64,000 bases of DNA from Rhynchobatus australiae (GCA_034780895.1 JAUZTB010000076.1:118325337-118389336); one strand, 5' to 3'. Shown: positions 26,701 to 41,700, counted from the first letter of the stretch. Notes: generated from the sequence alone by a model not told the origin. Made by a program: numbers and translations.

Positions 26701-29700
26701 TAGGCCCCTTTCTTTGAACAGTAGTTTAATTTGAGCAGTTTGCTTATATTGGATGATGCCACATATGCTGAATGTTACACTGCTTTAATTTATAAATGAA
26801 GCCTTTTTTTCCCCCCACTATCCCATCCCACTTCATTAAATCTTCTCTCCTTCATCAGTAATAGAGACTTCAGTTCCCTCAGCCTGACTCAGTTCTGTCT
26901 CGAACTGTACTGTTTGGCCTACTCTCCTACACCCATATCTCCTCGAAGTAATTTTGTTTAGCTAGACTATCACTTCAGTTCTTTCATTTTTGATATCCAC
27001 TATCTTCCATACAACATTGACACTTTTTAAGTCCTGGTCCATAAGAGTTGCATTTAGCAGTGTAGCCTCTCTCTCATGCACACATACACACACTTATGTA
27101 ATTGCTTGAATTTAAAAAGGGAAAGAGCTTGTCATGTTGATGATAACCATAAAACTACTGAACTTTTGTTAAAAACTCATCTGGTTGATTAATGCTCTGC
27201 AGGGTAGTAAATCTGCCATCCTTGCCTGGTGTGGTCCAAATGTGACACCTGATGTACCAATGTGGTCGATTCTTAACTGCCTCCCATTTAGGGACAGCTA
27301 AGGACAGACAACAAATGCTGGACACTGTCAATACCCACAACCTGAGTAAATAAGAAGAAAAAATATCAACTTCTGTAGCTAGCTCAATGTTACTGGGAAA
27401 AGTCATGAGATGCAGCTGTGACAGAAATCCTTCCTCTTGTTTCAGAAGCCCAGCCACCTCATTGACTTGTGGTCTTTTGCCTGAAAAAGTAAAAGTCGTT
27501 GACAATGAAAACACAAAAAACTAAAATCAGAAGTAGAATTACATCAAAATCTGCTCTTTGTGAAAATGGTCTGCATTGGAAGGACAGAATTATGGATTAA
27601 GTTTTAGAATTAATTGATTTAAAATTAATTTTTGCTTTTGCTGTGTATGTACTTGATAGAAGAGTTGTTCAACCACTATGATTGCTTTCTATGATGTTAC
27701 AAGGAAGTTCAAGAATCTACTTGCAGCTTTGGGACAACGTGCACACAGTGTACATGTTGCATGCTGTTGCATCTCCACAGTCTTTAATTGTCTTTTATGC
27801 CATGCAAACCCTTCCCTCTGTCCTCAGCACTTACCCCAACCTCACCCCATAGGTTCTCCCACCTCAGTCAACTGTGCATACACAAATGCTGAAACGCTAT
27901 TGTTTTGCACGGGGACATTTCTAGAACTTTGGGACAAATAAAGTTGACACCTGAGTGTGCATGTGCATTGACAATGGAACATAAAATTATCTCTGGTTTT
28001 CTATACAGGTGACTGCTGGCTTTTGGCTGCTATTTCATCGCTGACCCTGAACAATGAGGTTCTAAACAGAGTAGTTCCAGCTGGACAAGACTTTGGCTCT
28101 GATTATGCAGGAATCTTCCATTTCCGGGTAAATCAAAGTACTGCTGCTTTTAAATGTTATTGTAAGGGAGCGTGGTGAATTGAAGGATCTTTCTTAATAG
28201 GAATATAGACTAACATGGCGCTTGTCCATTCAAAGTACATATCAAGATTTGGGTGCCCGTGGTGGGAGAGATAAGGAAAAGGATGGGGAAGGGAAGGCAA
28301 TGGGGAGAGGAAGGGCTGGGAAACCATCTTGAATGAGGGTTGAAAGGGGAGGTTGATAATTGGGGGCCTACAACAACTTTAGGAATTTTTGATATATAAA
28401 AGTTAGAATATTGATTCAGGGTGAAGTGGTCAGTGTCACTTTATCCTCCATGTAACATTGTTCTGGCATCTGTCCCAGTTTTCACAATTTTACTACTTTA
28501 TCTGTATACTTCAGTCTTATCTCTTGATTACTTGTATTAATTCTGTAATAGTTTTACACACTGAAAATTCTTCCTACAAAACCACCTCCAATGTGTGGTA
28601 AAGTGAAAGTTATGATTGGAGACCTGTTTTTTAAAATTTGAATTTATTTAAAATTCAGATTTTTCGCTGCTCTTGGAGTTGTGGAAGGCCCCTTGCTTGA
28701 AGTAATCTGTTGGTGCTCACGGTAGAGTAGCAGTTAGCATAACACTTTACAGCGCCAGTGACCCGGGTTCAATTCCGGCCACTGTTTGTAGGGAGTTTGT
28801 ACGTTCTCCCCACGTCTGTGTGGGTTTCCTCTGGGTGCCCCAGTTTCCTCCCACATTCCAAAAAGACGTATGGGTTAGGAAGTTGTGGGCATGTTATGTT
28901 GGCGCTGGAAGTGTGGCGACACTTGTAGGCTGCCCCCAGAACACTCAGCACTAAAAGATGCATTACACTGTGTGTTTCGATATACATCTGACTAATAAAA
29001 GATACCTTATCTTCTAGTTCTGGCAGTATGGAGAATGGGTGGATGTGGTGATTGATGACCGGTTGCCCACGAAGGACGATAAGCTGATGTTTGTGCACTC
29101 AGCTTCAGGAAATGAGTTCTGGAGTGCTCTGCTGGAGAAAGCTTATTCAAAGTAAGTCTGCAATTTTACCATGAAAATAGCACCATGAGAAAACAGTATT
29201 TTCAACCATAATGTATTTTTCTTTTATTTTAATATATGCATAACTCATTTAGTAGGATGCTTACCACTGAGTCGGAGAGTTGTAGATTAAATTTGCAGAG
29301 TTGAGCACAAGAATTTATTTTCACACTGCATTGTGGTACTGAGGTGGAATTGAAATTAGTTTATTATTGTCACTTGTACCGAAATAGAGCGATAAACTTC
29401 TCTTGCATACAGATCAATTCATTGAGTTAGTACAAGGTAAAACAATACAGAATGCAGAGTAAAGTGTTACAGCTGCAGAGAAGCTGCATAGCTACAGAGG
29501 TACTGCACTGTCAGAGATAGCGTTTGAAGGAGATGTTAAACCAAGGTTATGCCTGACCTCAAAAGTGGCTGAAAACAATCTCGTACAGAACCATTTCCAA
29601 GACCAACATTGCCCTATGATTAAACAGATTATGCAATTATTTGTTGAAGTTTTTAGTGCACAAATTGGCTGCTACATTTCTTGTATTGTAACACTTGCAA

Positions 29701-32700
29701 AATGCATGAGCTTCCCAGGTTTACAAAAGCCCCAGAGTAAATCAATGGCATTCTGTCTTTCTTCCAAAGATTAAGTTCACAGTGTGCCATTCTACTACGC
29801 CAAAACCAAGGACCCTTTCTGTTGTTGCCAGCACTCCTATAGCTCTCCTATATAGAGAGAAGAGAAAGAAATCCATGCAGTCACGGGGAAAATATACAGA
29901 CAGCGGCGGGAATTGAACACCAACCACTGGTGCTGTAGTAGCATTACGGTAACCACTACGTTACCATGCTGCCCTCTTTCACATTGAATGGCAATGCCAA
30001 ATTCCACTTCCCCAATATTCTGGGGGTTCCTATTGGGGGGGAAAAAAACCTAACTACTGTGGGTGGAAAAAGAGGGCACAGATTGGACATTCTGTATTAA
30101 GTGATTTGTTTTATAAATCCCCAAAGCCTTTTCTCCATCTAAGGGCACCAATCAGGGTATAATGAAATACTCTCACCTTACCTGGATGAGGTGGATCTCC
30201 AACATCCCTCTAGAAGTAATGTCCAGCAACATCCAGGCACCTCATTCACCACCCAGAATANNNNNNNNNNNNNNNNNNNNNNNCGATCTCTAGAGTGTTC
30301 CATCTGTAGTGGATTACTACTGAAATTCATGAAGGATCCTTCATTAGCACTTTACGAGCCTATGACATCTGTGACCTAGAAAGACAAGATCTGCAGCTGA
30401 AAGATCCTCTACAACTCTCAGATCATCCTGACTTGGAAATATATTTTCATTCCTTCCCTGTTGCTGTATCAGACTATATAATGGAAGTTACCTTAGCACA
30501 AACATTTCAGCAGCTCAACACTACTTCTTGGGGGCATTTAAGTAGTGGCATTAAATGCTTTCCTTGCCAACAGTGCAGTTTCAGTGCATAAGGATGGGGT
30601 TGGCAGGAGTGCGAGTAAATCCAGTCAGATCTTCTATGGGGGCAAGAAAGAAATGGTAGAGATGTTCAGGGAGAGAGAGCTCCAGAAACCATGGCATTGT
30701 GGTGAAGGAGGAATGAAGAATGATCTGTATACTGGTTTCTGAATACCATGAAGAGACACAAAGGAGTGGGCAATTATTGAGGTTGAGTGAGGTGAGATGG
30801 ATGAGAATTGAAGGCAAGGATAATACATTTTGTAATGAACAAACTGAGCTATGATGATAATTGGGAAGGACGTAGGTGCTGGGAATGCAGGACTTGGTTC
30901 AAATGATAATTCATTAGGCTCCTGATGTTTTCCTTCTGTCTAAGTTGCATCTGAATGGTGGAGGGCAAAAATATTGTTAAAAGAATTTAGTTTCATGGAA
31001 ATAAACATGTTGGAATTTAGCAACGGGGGAGATTAATTTGTAATGTGGCATGTTGTAGAGATGGAAGAAAGGCTTCACTATGATCATTTACAGGGGAGGA
31101 AAAATAATATGCTGTGGTTATCCAATTCTGGACTCTATTTAAGCTTGTAGCTGAAAAATTACTGAAATTTTGCTGCTGGTGTGAACTGAAGAGGATATCT
31201 TCCATTTTTGCTTATAGAAAGAGGGTGGGAATTTATGCTCATCCAAATCTTGTCAATGGGAAAACCTGGAATTGATAAAGGATACATTGAGTTTGGGTGT
31301 CGTCAGCACATGAGCAAAATCCCATCCCTTGCTTGTGCTGAGTTTGCTATGTGTAGATAGGTTGTTGAGAACAAAAAAAATGAAGGTTGCAGGATTCTTA
31401 CCATTGACTGTTATCAAAAGTCAATGTTGCCCTCGGTAATGTTTTCGTGGCCATTGGTGGTATGTGGACATTGCTGATATGTCCATCCTTAATTGCTGAG
31501 GAAGCTGTTAGGAGTCTACTACACCGGTGTATTTAGAGTCATATTTATGCNNNNNNNNNNCAGGTTTCTGTCTGTGGAGGGCATAAGTCATCGAAGTGAG
31601 TTTATACAATAATCTGTCAGTTTCATAATTACCATTATTTATTCCAGATGTATCTAATTCCCCAGCTGCTGTGGTGGGATACAAATCTGTGACACTCAAT
31701 CACTGATTCACCATTCCAGTAACCTGCACCATTTTACCCTACCATGATGACTATATCCTTCCCCATCTAATTTCACTTTGTATTTCAACAATGATATAGA
31801 AGGAGGCTATTTGTGCTATTGAGTCAATGCTGGTTTGCAGAGCAGTCCCATTCCCACCAACTTTTCCCTTTTTGATCCATCTGCTCACCTTCCCATCAAC
31901 TACCCCACTGTCCCCTTCCCTTCTTACTCTGTCCCCCAACCCAATTCTCCTACCACCACTTACACCAGGGGTAATTCACTGTAGCCAAGTAACTCATCAA
32001 CTTGCATGTCTTTGGGGATGTGGGAAGAATCTGGAGCACTTGGGGGAAACCCATGTGATCACAGCGAGAACATGGAAACACTACGCAGGCAGCACCAGAG
32101 GTCAGGATTGAACCTGAGTCTCTGAGCTGTGAGGCAGCACTCTGCTGGTGGTGCCATCAGGCAGAGTTAAAATTACTTGTCCCATTTTGGAGATGTTGGG
32201 AACAGACCATTCTGGATTTGAAGCAGCTGAAATAAACAGTCACAAAGCCACTTGCCAAAAGCCACAAGATCGTTTGTTCCACATTTGAATGTCTGGTCCC
32301 AATTCCAATTTTAATTCAGAGGCCTGAGCTGGGAGTGCTAGCAGCTTGCCCAAGAGTTGAAACCAGCGGGAGACGTGATGAGGCCCAAAGAGACATTGTT
32401 ATCAACTTTCAAACTTCCCTTCAGGGACAGGAACCACAAGTGCTCCCCGGGGCCCAACAAGGCAATGTGGACCTCTCATTACTGTAGACTTCTTGCCACC
32501 CCCTCTCATGGGTATAAAGGCCTGTTTGTAGATGCCCCCTAACCAAACCAGTGTTTTTTTTTCTGCTGTTTCTCCTCAATAAGAAATTTGTTTCTATTAC
32601 TGGATTGAAGATTGCAAATGAAGTACTCAGTCTTAATTATTCAACTGGCATAGAAGAGGAGATGAGTCCTGGGGCAGATCAGTGATGATCATGTTGAATG

Positions 32701-35700
32701 GTGGAACAGGTTTGAAGGGCCAAGTGGCCTCTACTCTATTTTCTCATGAAGGACTAATTATTATGTATCCATTTTTCAGGTTAAATGGGTCCTATGAAGC
32801 ATTGTCCGGGGGATCTACAACTGAGGGGTTTGAGGATTTTACAGGAGGAATTTCCGAGTGGTATGAATTAGATAAAGCACCAATCAATCTCTTTAAGATC
32901 ATACAAAAGGCATTAAGATCTGGGTCACTACTTGGCTGTTCTATTAATGTGAGTATCATCTTAATCCAGAGCTCATCATCCTTGGTTTATATTTTGGCTC
33001 AAAGTTTTTGCTAACTCTAGCACTATCTGGTAGATTGTTACTAGTGGAGAGAATTAGATCATTGACATCTACCAAAATTGGTCCTCATTTCTATTGTAGT
33101 GTAAACACCAGTAATTTGAAAGTCTCCATCTGTCCTTTTTGCAGATATCTCATACATGTGAAGCTACTCAAAAGTCATGCCAAGGGGTAGTCATCCTTGG
33201 TCACAAGACACAGTATAGGAGTAGCTGTACATTGAAATATGCTCTTAAAATTTGGTTTTACTAACCTCAACTGAACCAAATTTTGGCAGCGATATGTAGC
33301 CAGTACTACACAACAAACAATCTGCTGTAGGAACTCAGCAGGTTGAGCAGTATTTGTGGTGGTGGGGGGAGGATCCGTTGATGTTTTGGGTTGAGATTCC
33401 AGCATTTGCAGTCTCATGTCTCTCTGCAGCCAGAACCATGCTACATATTTAGCACCAGAGGTCAGCTGTGAAAAGTCAGTTTCTGTTTAAGAACCTACCC
33501 TAGAGATGATCAGAAAATGCTGTAGAGGTGAATTAGGAACTTTGTCGATTTATCTGTGAATGGTCAGCTTCCAGCGTGTGATACAATAACTGTGCAAGTG
33601 ATAACATTAGCTAGCAGAGATCTTCCCACCAGAACCCCTTGAAAATCTACCTTGTAGAAAGGATGGACTCACCAACTTGCTTATAAATATAGTGCTGCTT
33701 ACTTAAGCTATATTTTAATACAAACTATCCAAACACTTGACCTTTTGAATTTGGTTAGAATTTTTAAACTTCCTGATTGAGCACAGTACATAGTCACATG
33801 CTGAGGGGTGGGGTGAGGGAGAGGAGTACATCTGCCAAACTCTCTCTCCAATTTATTTCCATTGGACAGATACAGGGTCAGGTTCTTGTTATGTGTGTGC
33901 GGTCCTCCCTGAACAATTTATCTTTATTTGCTTTACAACCAGTAAGGAAATCTATATTAGATTCAATGGGAATTATTCAGATAGCAGGATAGAGTCCATT
34001 GCTTAGAAGAGCTGATTGTGACCTGTTTTCTCTATAAAACTCCTGAGGTTTCCATTGAAAGAAGACGTGCAATCTGCCCCTGAGAAGATGAAGAAATAAA
34101 TTTACTCAGTCAATGGGCGATGGAGAATAAAAAAAAGTTAATTGACTTGTGCATTATTGCTTAGTTAAAAGGAGGCACATAATTATGTTCTGTGCATCAA
34201 TATTTAGGACTTTGATTAAGGGGCCTGACTATATTTGCGTGTTTTGTGTTTGGCATCTGTGTAAACAATGTGGGTTGTGCTGTTTTATTACACTATTTCG
34301 TATACAATTATTTTGTGGGATTCCTTGCTGCTTTCACTTTTTCCTTTTGCAATCTAATGTACAAACCTTAAAGCTCGGGTGTAAATCAGATGACCATCTA
34401 TCAGTTTACCTCACAATCTAGGCATGTAATATGTATCTTGATGATTAACTTTACGAATACAAAACCTGCATTGAATAAAATTACATGAAACAATAAAGTT
34501 GCACAGCAAATTGTGCATTGTATGACTAATATATACACGTAACTGACCTGCATGATAAATGAATGTTGACTATTTAGTGCTGACTTATTTGACTATTTCC
34601 TACTGTTTTTTTATGCATTAGATCACAAGTTCAGCAGAAACAGAGGCAATTACTTCGCAGCAGCTGGTCAAAGGTCATGCTTACTCTGTAACTGGAGCAG
34701 AAATAGTAAGTCTGAAACCAAGTGTTGTAATAACCTGTACTCAATTTTAAATTTGTGTTTCCTGAAAGGGTGAGGCACTATTTTTCTGCAGTTTTCAATG
34801 GAATCACCCTTTTGTCTTTTAACAGTTGTGAGTCATCCTGAATGAAGCAATTGGTTATACAGGTAAAGCAAGCCTGTGACATGTTTTGTTGCCCAGAACG
34901 GTCAGGCACAGCTCTCCTGGCAAACTCTCTCATCTGTTCAGCCTTTGGCCCTCCTTCCTTCCTCACTTTTGCTCAAATACTCCTCTGCATCTGACATTTG
35001 GATCCCTCTCCCCAGAAAAACCTTTACATTCTCCCTGCCTGGTTATTCATTCCTTTGGGTCTAGCTGTCCCAGACTTGAACATACTTGTTGCTAGATCTG
35101 GCCGGATCACATTCTAGGATTATCCTGGAATGAAACATAATAGTAGCTGTCTTATCTCTGCTATCAAGAGTAACCATAAACACTTTGCCTCTGGCACTGA
35201 TATCCTGAATCTGCCTATCTTTCAACTGGTACCACCTTAGACCAAGTAAGAAGATTGTGAGTTTAAATTTCACTTTAGAGGTTTGAGTACAAAATCCAGA
35301 CTAATCTTTCTTTGCAATACTGAGAGCACATTACACTATCAGAGTGCTGTCTTTAAGATCAGATGCTAGGTCTAGGCTGAGGGTAGGGTACTTTCTGAAA
35401 AGAGTATAAATTGCACCGTTTTGAAGATGACTAGTGGAGTTATCGCTGGTGTCTTGGCCAATACGCATCACTTAAACAGTGTTGCTAGTTGGTGCCACAC
35501 TGCTGTTTGAGGAAGTTTGGTGGTAATACAAATTGCCTTCAGAGTTTAGACAATAGTGAGTACATTCAAAATGTACTTCATTAGCAGTAAAATGCTCTGG
35601 GATATAGCTCCCTGAAAGTGGAAACACGAGTAGATAAGGTGGTAGAGCAAGGCATCCGGTACGCTTGCCTTTGTCANNNNNNNNNNNNNNNNNNNNNNNN

Positions 35701-38700
35701 NNNNNNNNNNNNNNNNNNNNNNNNNNNNNNNNNNNNNNNNNNNNNNNNNNNNNNNNNNNNNNNNNNNNNNNNNNNNGAAGATAGATCTTGGTCCAGTGTT
35801 CATTGGCGGTGAGGCTGTGGAGAGACTCTCCAGTTTTAAATTCCTGGGGGTTTCCATCACCGAGGACTTATCCTGGGCATTACACACCTCAGTTGTCATT
35901 AGGAAGGCACAGCAACACCTCTATTTTTTTGAGGAAATTGAGGAGAGCCAGACCGTCTCAGAACATTCTGGTGAATTTCTATCGGTGTGCGGTGGAGAGC
36001 ATCCTGACATACGGCATTACTGCCTGGTATGCCAGCTGCACCAGGAAGGAGCAGAAGGCTCTGCAGAGGATCATCAAGCCGGCCCAAAACATCATTGGGA
36101 CTCAGTTATCAGCGATGGAGGATATCTATCAGGCCCGATGTCAGAGCAGGGCTTCAAACATCATCCGAGAACCTGCTCACCACCTCTTTAAACTACTCCC
36201 CTCCAGCAGGCGATACATGCACACACCACAGGACTGAAACAGTTTTTTTCCCCCAAAGCTGTTAAATTGTTGAGTGCGCACAGAGAGAGAGAGAGTCTTC
36301 CTCCCTTCACTGGCTGGACTCACCATGGTGTTATTTAATGATTTATGCTGCTGATTATCATGGTTCACTTACACACTGCCTTTTTTATACCTTATATTTG
36401 TATAAGTATGTTTGTTTTATTTTATAGTCATAATTTCTCTTATCAATTTACTGTTCTGGTTTTTTATTAGGCAAGGGAGTGTCGTCATAATTTCATTGTA
36501 TTGTTGTGCTGCAATGACAAATAAAGAAATCTTGAATCTATATCCTGAGGTTGTGGAAGGTGCAACATAAATGCAAATTGATCTCCATTAACAAATCCAA
36601 AGGGTTCCTAGATTTCTTAACTACCAAGATTGAGACAATCAGTACAGCTTCCTTCCACCTCTGTTCATTTACTCAATAAATCAAACTTTCTCTTTTAGTT
36701 TCTGCATTTCTCAATATTAAATCTAAATTTCATATATTTAGGAGCAGGAGTATTCCTCTTAGTCCTTTTAGGTCTGTTCCAATAACTAATAAGATCATGG
36801 CTAATTTGATTGTAACCTCAACTCTCCATTCCCATCTACCCTCAGTAAAGAATCTACTGACCTCTGCCTTAAAATATTCAGTCTGCTTTCAACGCCCTTT
36901 GAGGAAGAGAGTTCTGACTCATGAACATCTGAGAGAAAAATCTTGTTTTCTGTTTTAAATGGCTAAGCCCTTATTTTTAAACAGTGGCACCTGGTTCTAG
37001 ATTTTATTTCCCAAGAGAGAACATCCTCTCTGCACCTGCCCATCTGTCCCTTCCTCATTAGAAGCCTATTCCTGGTACTGATCTAGTAAACAATCTCTGC
37101 ACTACCTCCAATACATCAACTTTCTTCCTTAAGTAAGGAGCCCATTACTGTACATAGTATTCTAGATGTGGTCTCTCGCTAATTCCTTTATAATCAAAGC
37201 ATAAACTCTTTATTCAATTCCCCTGGTTTGCAATATGTTAGCTTCCTTACTTGCTGTACCAGCATTGTGGACTTTTAGTGAATCATGCACGAGAACATTA
37301 CAGCACAGTACAGGCCCTTCAGCCCGTGATGTTGTGCCGATGTTTTATCCTGCTCTAAGATCTATCTAACCGCTCTCTATATTTCTCCTCCCAANNNNNN
37401 NNNNNNNNNNNNNNNNNNNNNNNNNNNNNNNNNNNNNNNNNNNNNNNNNNNNNNNNNNNNNNNNNNNNNNNNNNNNNNNNNNNNNNNNNNNNNNNNNNNN
37501 NNNNNNNNNNNNNNNNNNNNNNNNNNNNNNNNNNNNNNNNNNNNNNNNNNNTACTGACTTCAAGGAGTACTGGAAAAAGGAAAGTAAAGTTATACTGAAA
37601 GAGAAGTAAGTACATTTTAATGTCTTCATAACTTTATTTCTTCCATTATTAAATAGTAAAGTTGACTCGCACTTTCCATGTTACCTTATTGTTGCTTTTC
37701 ACACTGCATTAGAAGGACCAAGCAATGTCCATTGTCATTTTACTTAAGAGGGAATGAAGGTTAGTCATTCAAATCCTTCATGTATTTGCTTGCATCTAAC
37801 TGAGCCAACAAACTCGTGAGATATTCAGACTTGGGCCTGATCCATCAAGTGCTTCAATGTGGGTTTCAGGAATACAATTGTTATGTAACATTTAAAAATG
37901 AGAAAAATGGTTGAATCTCAACACTGCACATTTGACAAATTCAAATACTATAAATGATGGAAATCTTAAAAATACATAATATTGGAAATACTCTGCATGT
38001 CAGGCAGCAACTGTGAAGAGAGAAGCAATAACTGTTTAATGTTCTTATGAAAGTTCTCTGACCTGCAGTTGCCATATCTGTGCCTCTCCTCACCCCTTCG
38101 CCTCACCTACTAACTGTTTCCAGTGTTTCTATTACTTACACATTGGGTCCTAATCAGATTGCCTTCACATCACTTCTTGTTCTTGAATTTTTATGACCCC
38201 CATTTGTCTCATAAATTCTATTTTGGGTTGAGTGGCCTTATCCACATGTGGGGTATTCCTAATTAAGTGTTTTATTTCTTTCATTCCTCCTCCTTGATTT
38301 ACCTCTGCCCCTTCCATGGAAAATTGTTTATTTTATTAGTGTCGGTGTCATTGATTTGTCAGAGAATCACTTTGCAGTTCCCTTCAAGTCCTTTGGCATG
38401 TGCTGATCTAGATTCTGCTACCTGCATTAATGGACCAAGATGAATTGGAAAAAAGATGAAAAACCTCTGACCTATCACTCTGGTTCCCACCCCCCTGCCA
38501 AACTAGTTTAAACCCTCCCCAACAGTTCAGGCAAATCTGCCCGCAAGAATATTGGTCCCCCTCCAGGTGTAACCTGTCCCTTTTATACAGGTCATACCTT
38601 CCCCAGAAGAGATACGAATGATCAACAAATCTGAAACCCTGCACCTCCTCAGCCACGCATTCATCTGCCAAATCATCCTATTCTTACCTTCACTGGCGTG

Positions 38701-41700
38701 TGGCATAGGCAGCAATCCAGAGATTACCATCCTTGAGGTCCTGCTTTTCAGCTTACTACCTAACTCCCTATATTTCCTCTTCAGGACCTCATCTCTTTTC
38801 CTACCTATGTCATTGGTACCAATATGTACCACAACCTTTGGCTATTCACCCTCCTCCTTCAGAATGCTGTGGACCCAATCCGAGATATCCTTGACCCTGG
38901 CACCAGGGAGGCAATGTACCATCCAGAAATCTTGCACATCCACAAAATCTCCTGTCTGCCCCCCTTACTATGGAATCCCCTATCATTACCGCCCTCCTTT
39001 TCTTCCCCCGCCTGTTCCCTTCACCACACGACCTGGTCACTGTGCACTGTGGCTTTCCCCAGTAGGGCGTTTTCCACCCCCCAACAGTATCCAAAGCAGT
39101 CTACCTGTTATTGAGGGGAATGGCCACAGGGGTACTCTGCACTACCAGCCTATTCTCCTTCTTCCTTCTCCTGACAGTCACCCAGCTACCTGCTTCCTGC
39201 AGCTTTGGAGTGACTGCCTCCCTGTAGCTCTTATCTGTGTACTTCTCATTCTCCCATTGGAGCCAAAGGTCATCCGGCTGCAGCTCCAGTTCCCTAACAC
39301 GGTCTCCCAGAACTCCCACATCTCACAAGGTGAACATACCACTGAACCTGGAGCCATTCTAACTACTCTAGTCTGGCACTAAAGGAAAAAAAATAAGAGA
39401 AAGAAAGACAAAGAAATTGCACCTAGTTACCCAGAAAACGATCAAATGGGAAGTTGAATCAAAAAAAAATCTAGAATTCACTCAACTGATCAGGAAAAAG
39501 GTGGTAGTATGATCTGACAGAGATCAGAGACTATTATTAAGTGCTTTTCTGGGTCCCTGATAATAGTTATTGGTAAGTCATAGAGCCATAGAGTGGTACA
39601 GTGTGAAAACAGGTCCTTTGGCCCAACTCATCTATGCTGACCAAGGTGCCTTCCTGAGCTAGTCCCATTTTCCTTCATTAATCTTAGTAAACCTCTATAA
39701 GGTTGCTCCTCTGCTCCAGGGAAAACAGTCCCAGTCTCTGCTTGTAACTCAAGCCCTCCAGTCCTGAAGACATAGTTGGGAATCTTTTCTGCGCACCCTC
39801 AGGATTAATGACATTCTTCCTATAGTATGGTGACCAGAACTGCACACAGTATTCCAGGTGCAGTCTCACCAACACCTTGTACTGGTGCAATGTGACTTCC
39901 CAACACTTGTATTCAATGCCCTGTCTGAGGAAGATCTCATCTTTTGTCCCATGGCTCGACACATGGACGATCACACTGACATTTCAGTCTTGTACCTGGA
40001 GAATTAATTTAGCCTGATTAGCCAAGGTTTTCCTCATTAAGCTACCATCATGTGCCCCTTTAGGATAGGAAATATGTTAATTTCCAATCCTCGTTTCAAG
40101 CTATCATTCTCTGCTACTCTAAATTGTCAGTCTGCTTGTTCATCATTAAATAGGTAGGTCAGGAATTTTCTCCAACTAAATAATATGAAGCCACTATCTT
40201 TAATTCCTGCAACAAACTCAGTCCTAGCCATTGACTCAATCCCTCTCCTCAGCATCCCTAAGGCTGAACCAGCCTTGGTGTCCTTTTTGACCACAGTACC
40301 ATGTCAGCTTCCCACCTCCAAAGCACTTCCAATGCATTCCTGGTCGGCTTTCCATGTACCATCCTCCATAAACTTCAGGTCAACCCATACTCTTCTGCCT
40401 TTGTCTAACCATCAGAAAGTTCCGTTCACCTATCACACCTTTGCATAAAATCTATGATTTGGCTCCTGATTAAATAACACCATATTTTAAACTTTTTTTT
40501 CCCAAATTCCTCCACTGACATGCCCTTCCCCATCTTTAGTATCATCCAGTCTGACAAGCAGCTGAAACAGAAGTTTTTCATTAATTCTTGCCTCTTAAGC
40601 TTTCCCAATGTTGAATGAACACCTGTTTGGTAGCCATGTTTTCAGCTGTCGTGTTCCAGAGCTCTAATTCCATGACTAAGCCTTCCTGCCTCTTGTTCTT
40701 TATTTTCCTCCTTAAAATAATTTCCTCCTTAAAGAAGACCACCTTAAAACTTGCCTCTGTACAAGCTTTTGAATGAATGCCATAACATCTCCTTTGTCCG
40801 TGCCAAATTTAATTGCTAAAATTCTTGAGGAGCACCTTGGGACAATTTGCTCTATTAAAGTTGCTTTATTTTTGCTGTGTATGCACTGAATATCTATGGC
40901 CTTAGAGATGAATAATGTAGAAGAAAATAGAGAATGTAGTTTTGTTGTCATTTAATCCTGTAGGTGAACTATCAAGGTGATGAGGAGAAATTGATCCGGA
41001 TCAGGAACCCTTGGGGTCAAGTGGAGTGGACTGGAAGCTGGTCTGACAAGTAGGTTCTTTTGTGTAATTTTGTTGTAATGGTTACTAAATGTTTATGACC
41101 TTTAATGCATTCTTCAGAATCCTGCTGTCCCACATCAGTAGATGGTTATCTGTGCAACAAGCCTCTTCCCAAAGGCAGTGACTTTATTGAAGCATTTATC
41201 AGGTGAGCAGTGCAGTGTACCTGCCTCAGGTTAGTTATCAAGAGGATCTTTGGGGTCTTGGAGTGAATATTACTGTGCTGAGGGTCAGGTGGAAATTCTG
41301 GATCACGTAACCTCCCAACCCTTTGTGGCAGACAATACCAGAGACTCACTACACTTATGCCAAAACTAAATAGATGACTAAATGTTAGCATTAACTTAAT
41401 GCATCATTTTCTCTATATTTGCTGGGTTATGGAAGACCTGAATTATGGAAATCAGATTTTATGCAAATTCTCCCACAAATTTTTGAAAAATTTTTCAAGA
41501 TAGGAAAGTTAGTTAAAGAAATGCAAACAACTTCAGGAATTATGGAATAGGAGCAGCAGCTAGTTAATTGAAAAGACAACCAGTCATTTTTAAAAAAAAC
41601 ACTGCTTGCATTTAACTTCCCTACAGTAATCAGGCACCATTACAGTAATCAGAATGCAGCTGCTGGATCACAGCGTATAAGGGACTTGCTTTGTAAACTG

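Noticed and set aside
28712-28790. tRNA-like A/B box sequence
   Set aside because: Head of a SINE; no complete cloverleaf, and continues into the V-domain
38618-39382. 254-aa + strand ORF
   Set aside because: Antisense shadow of the CR1 ORF1 remnant; no independent protein features
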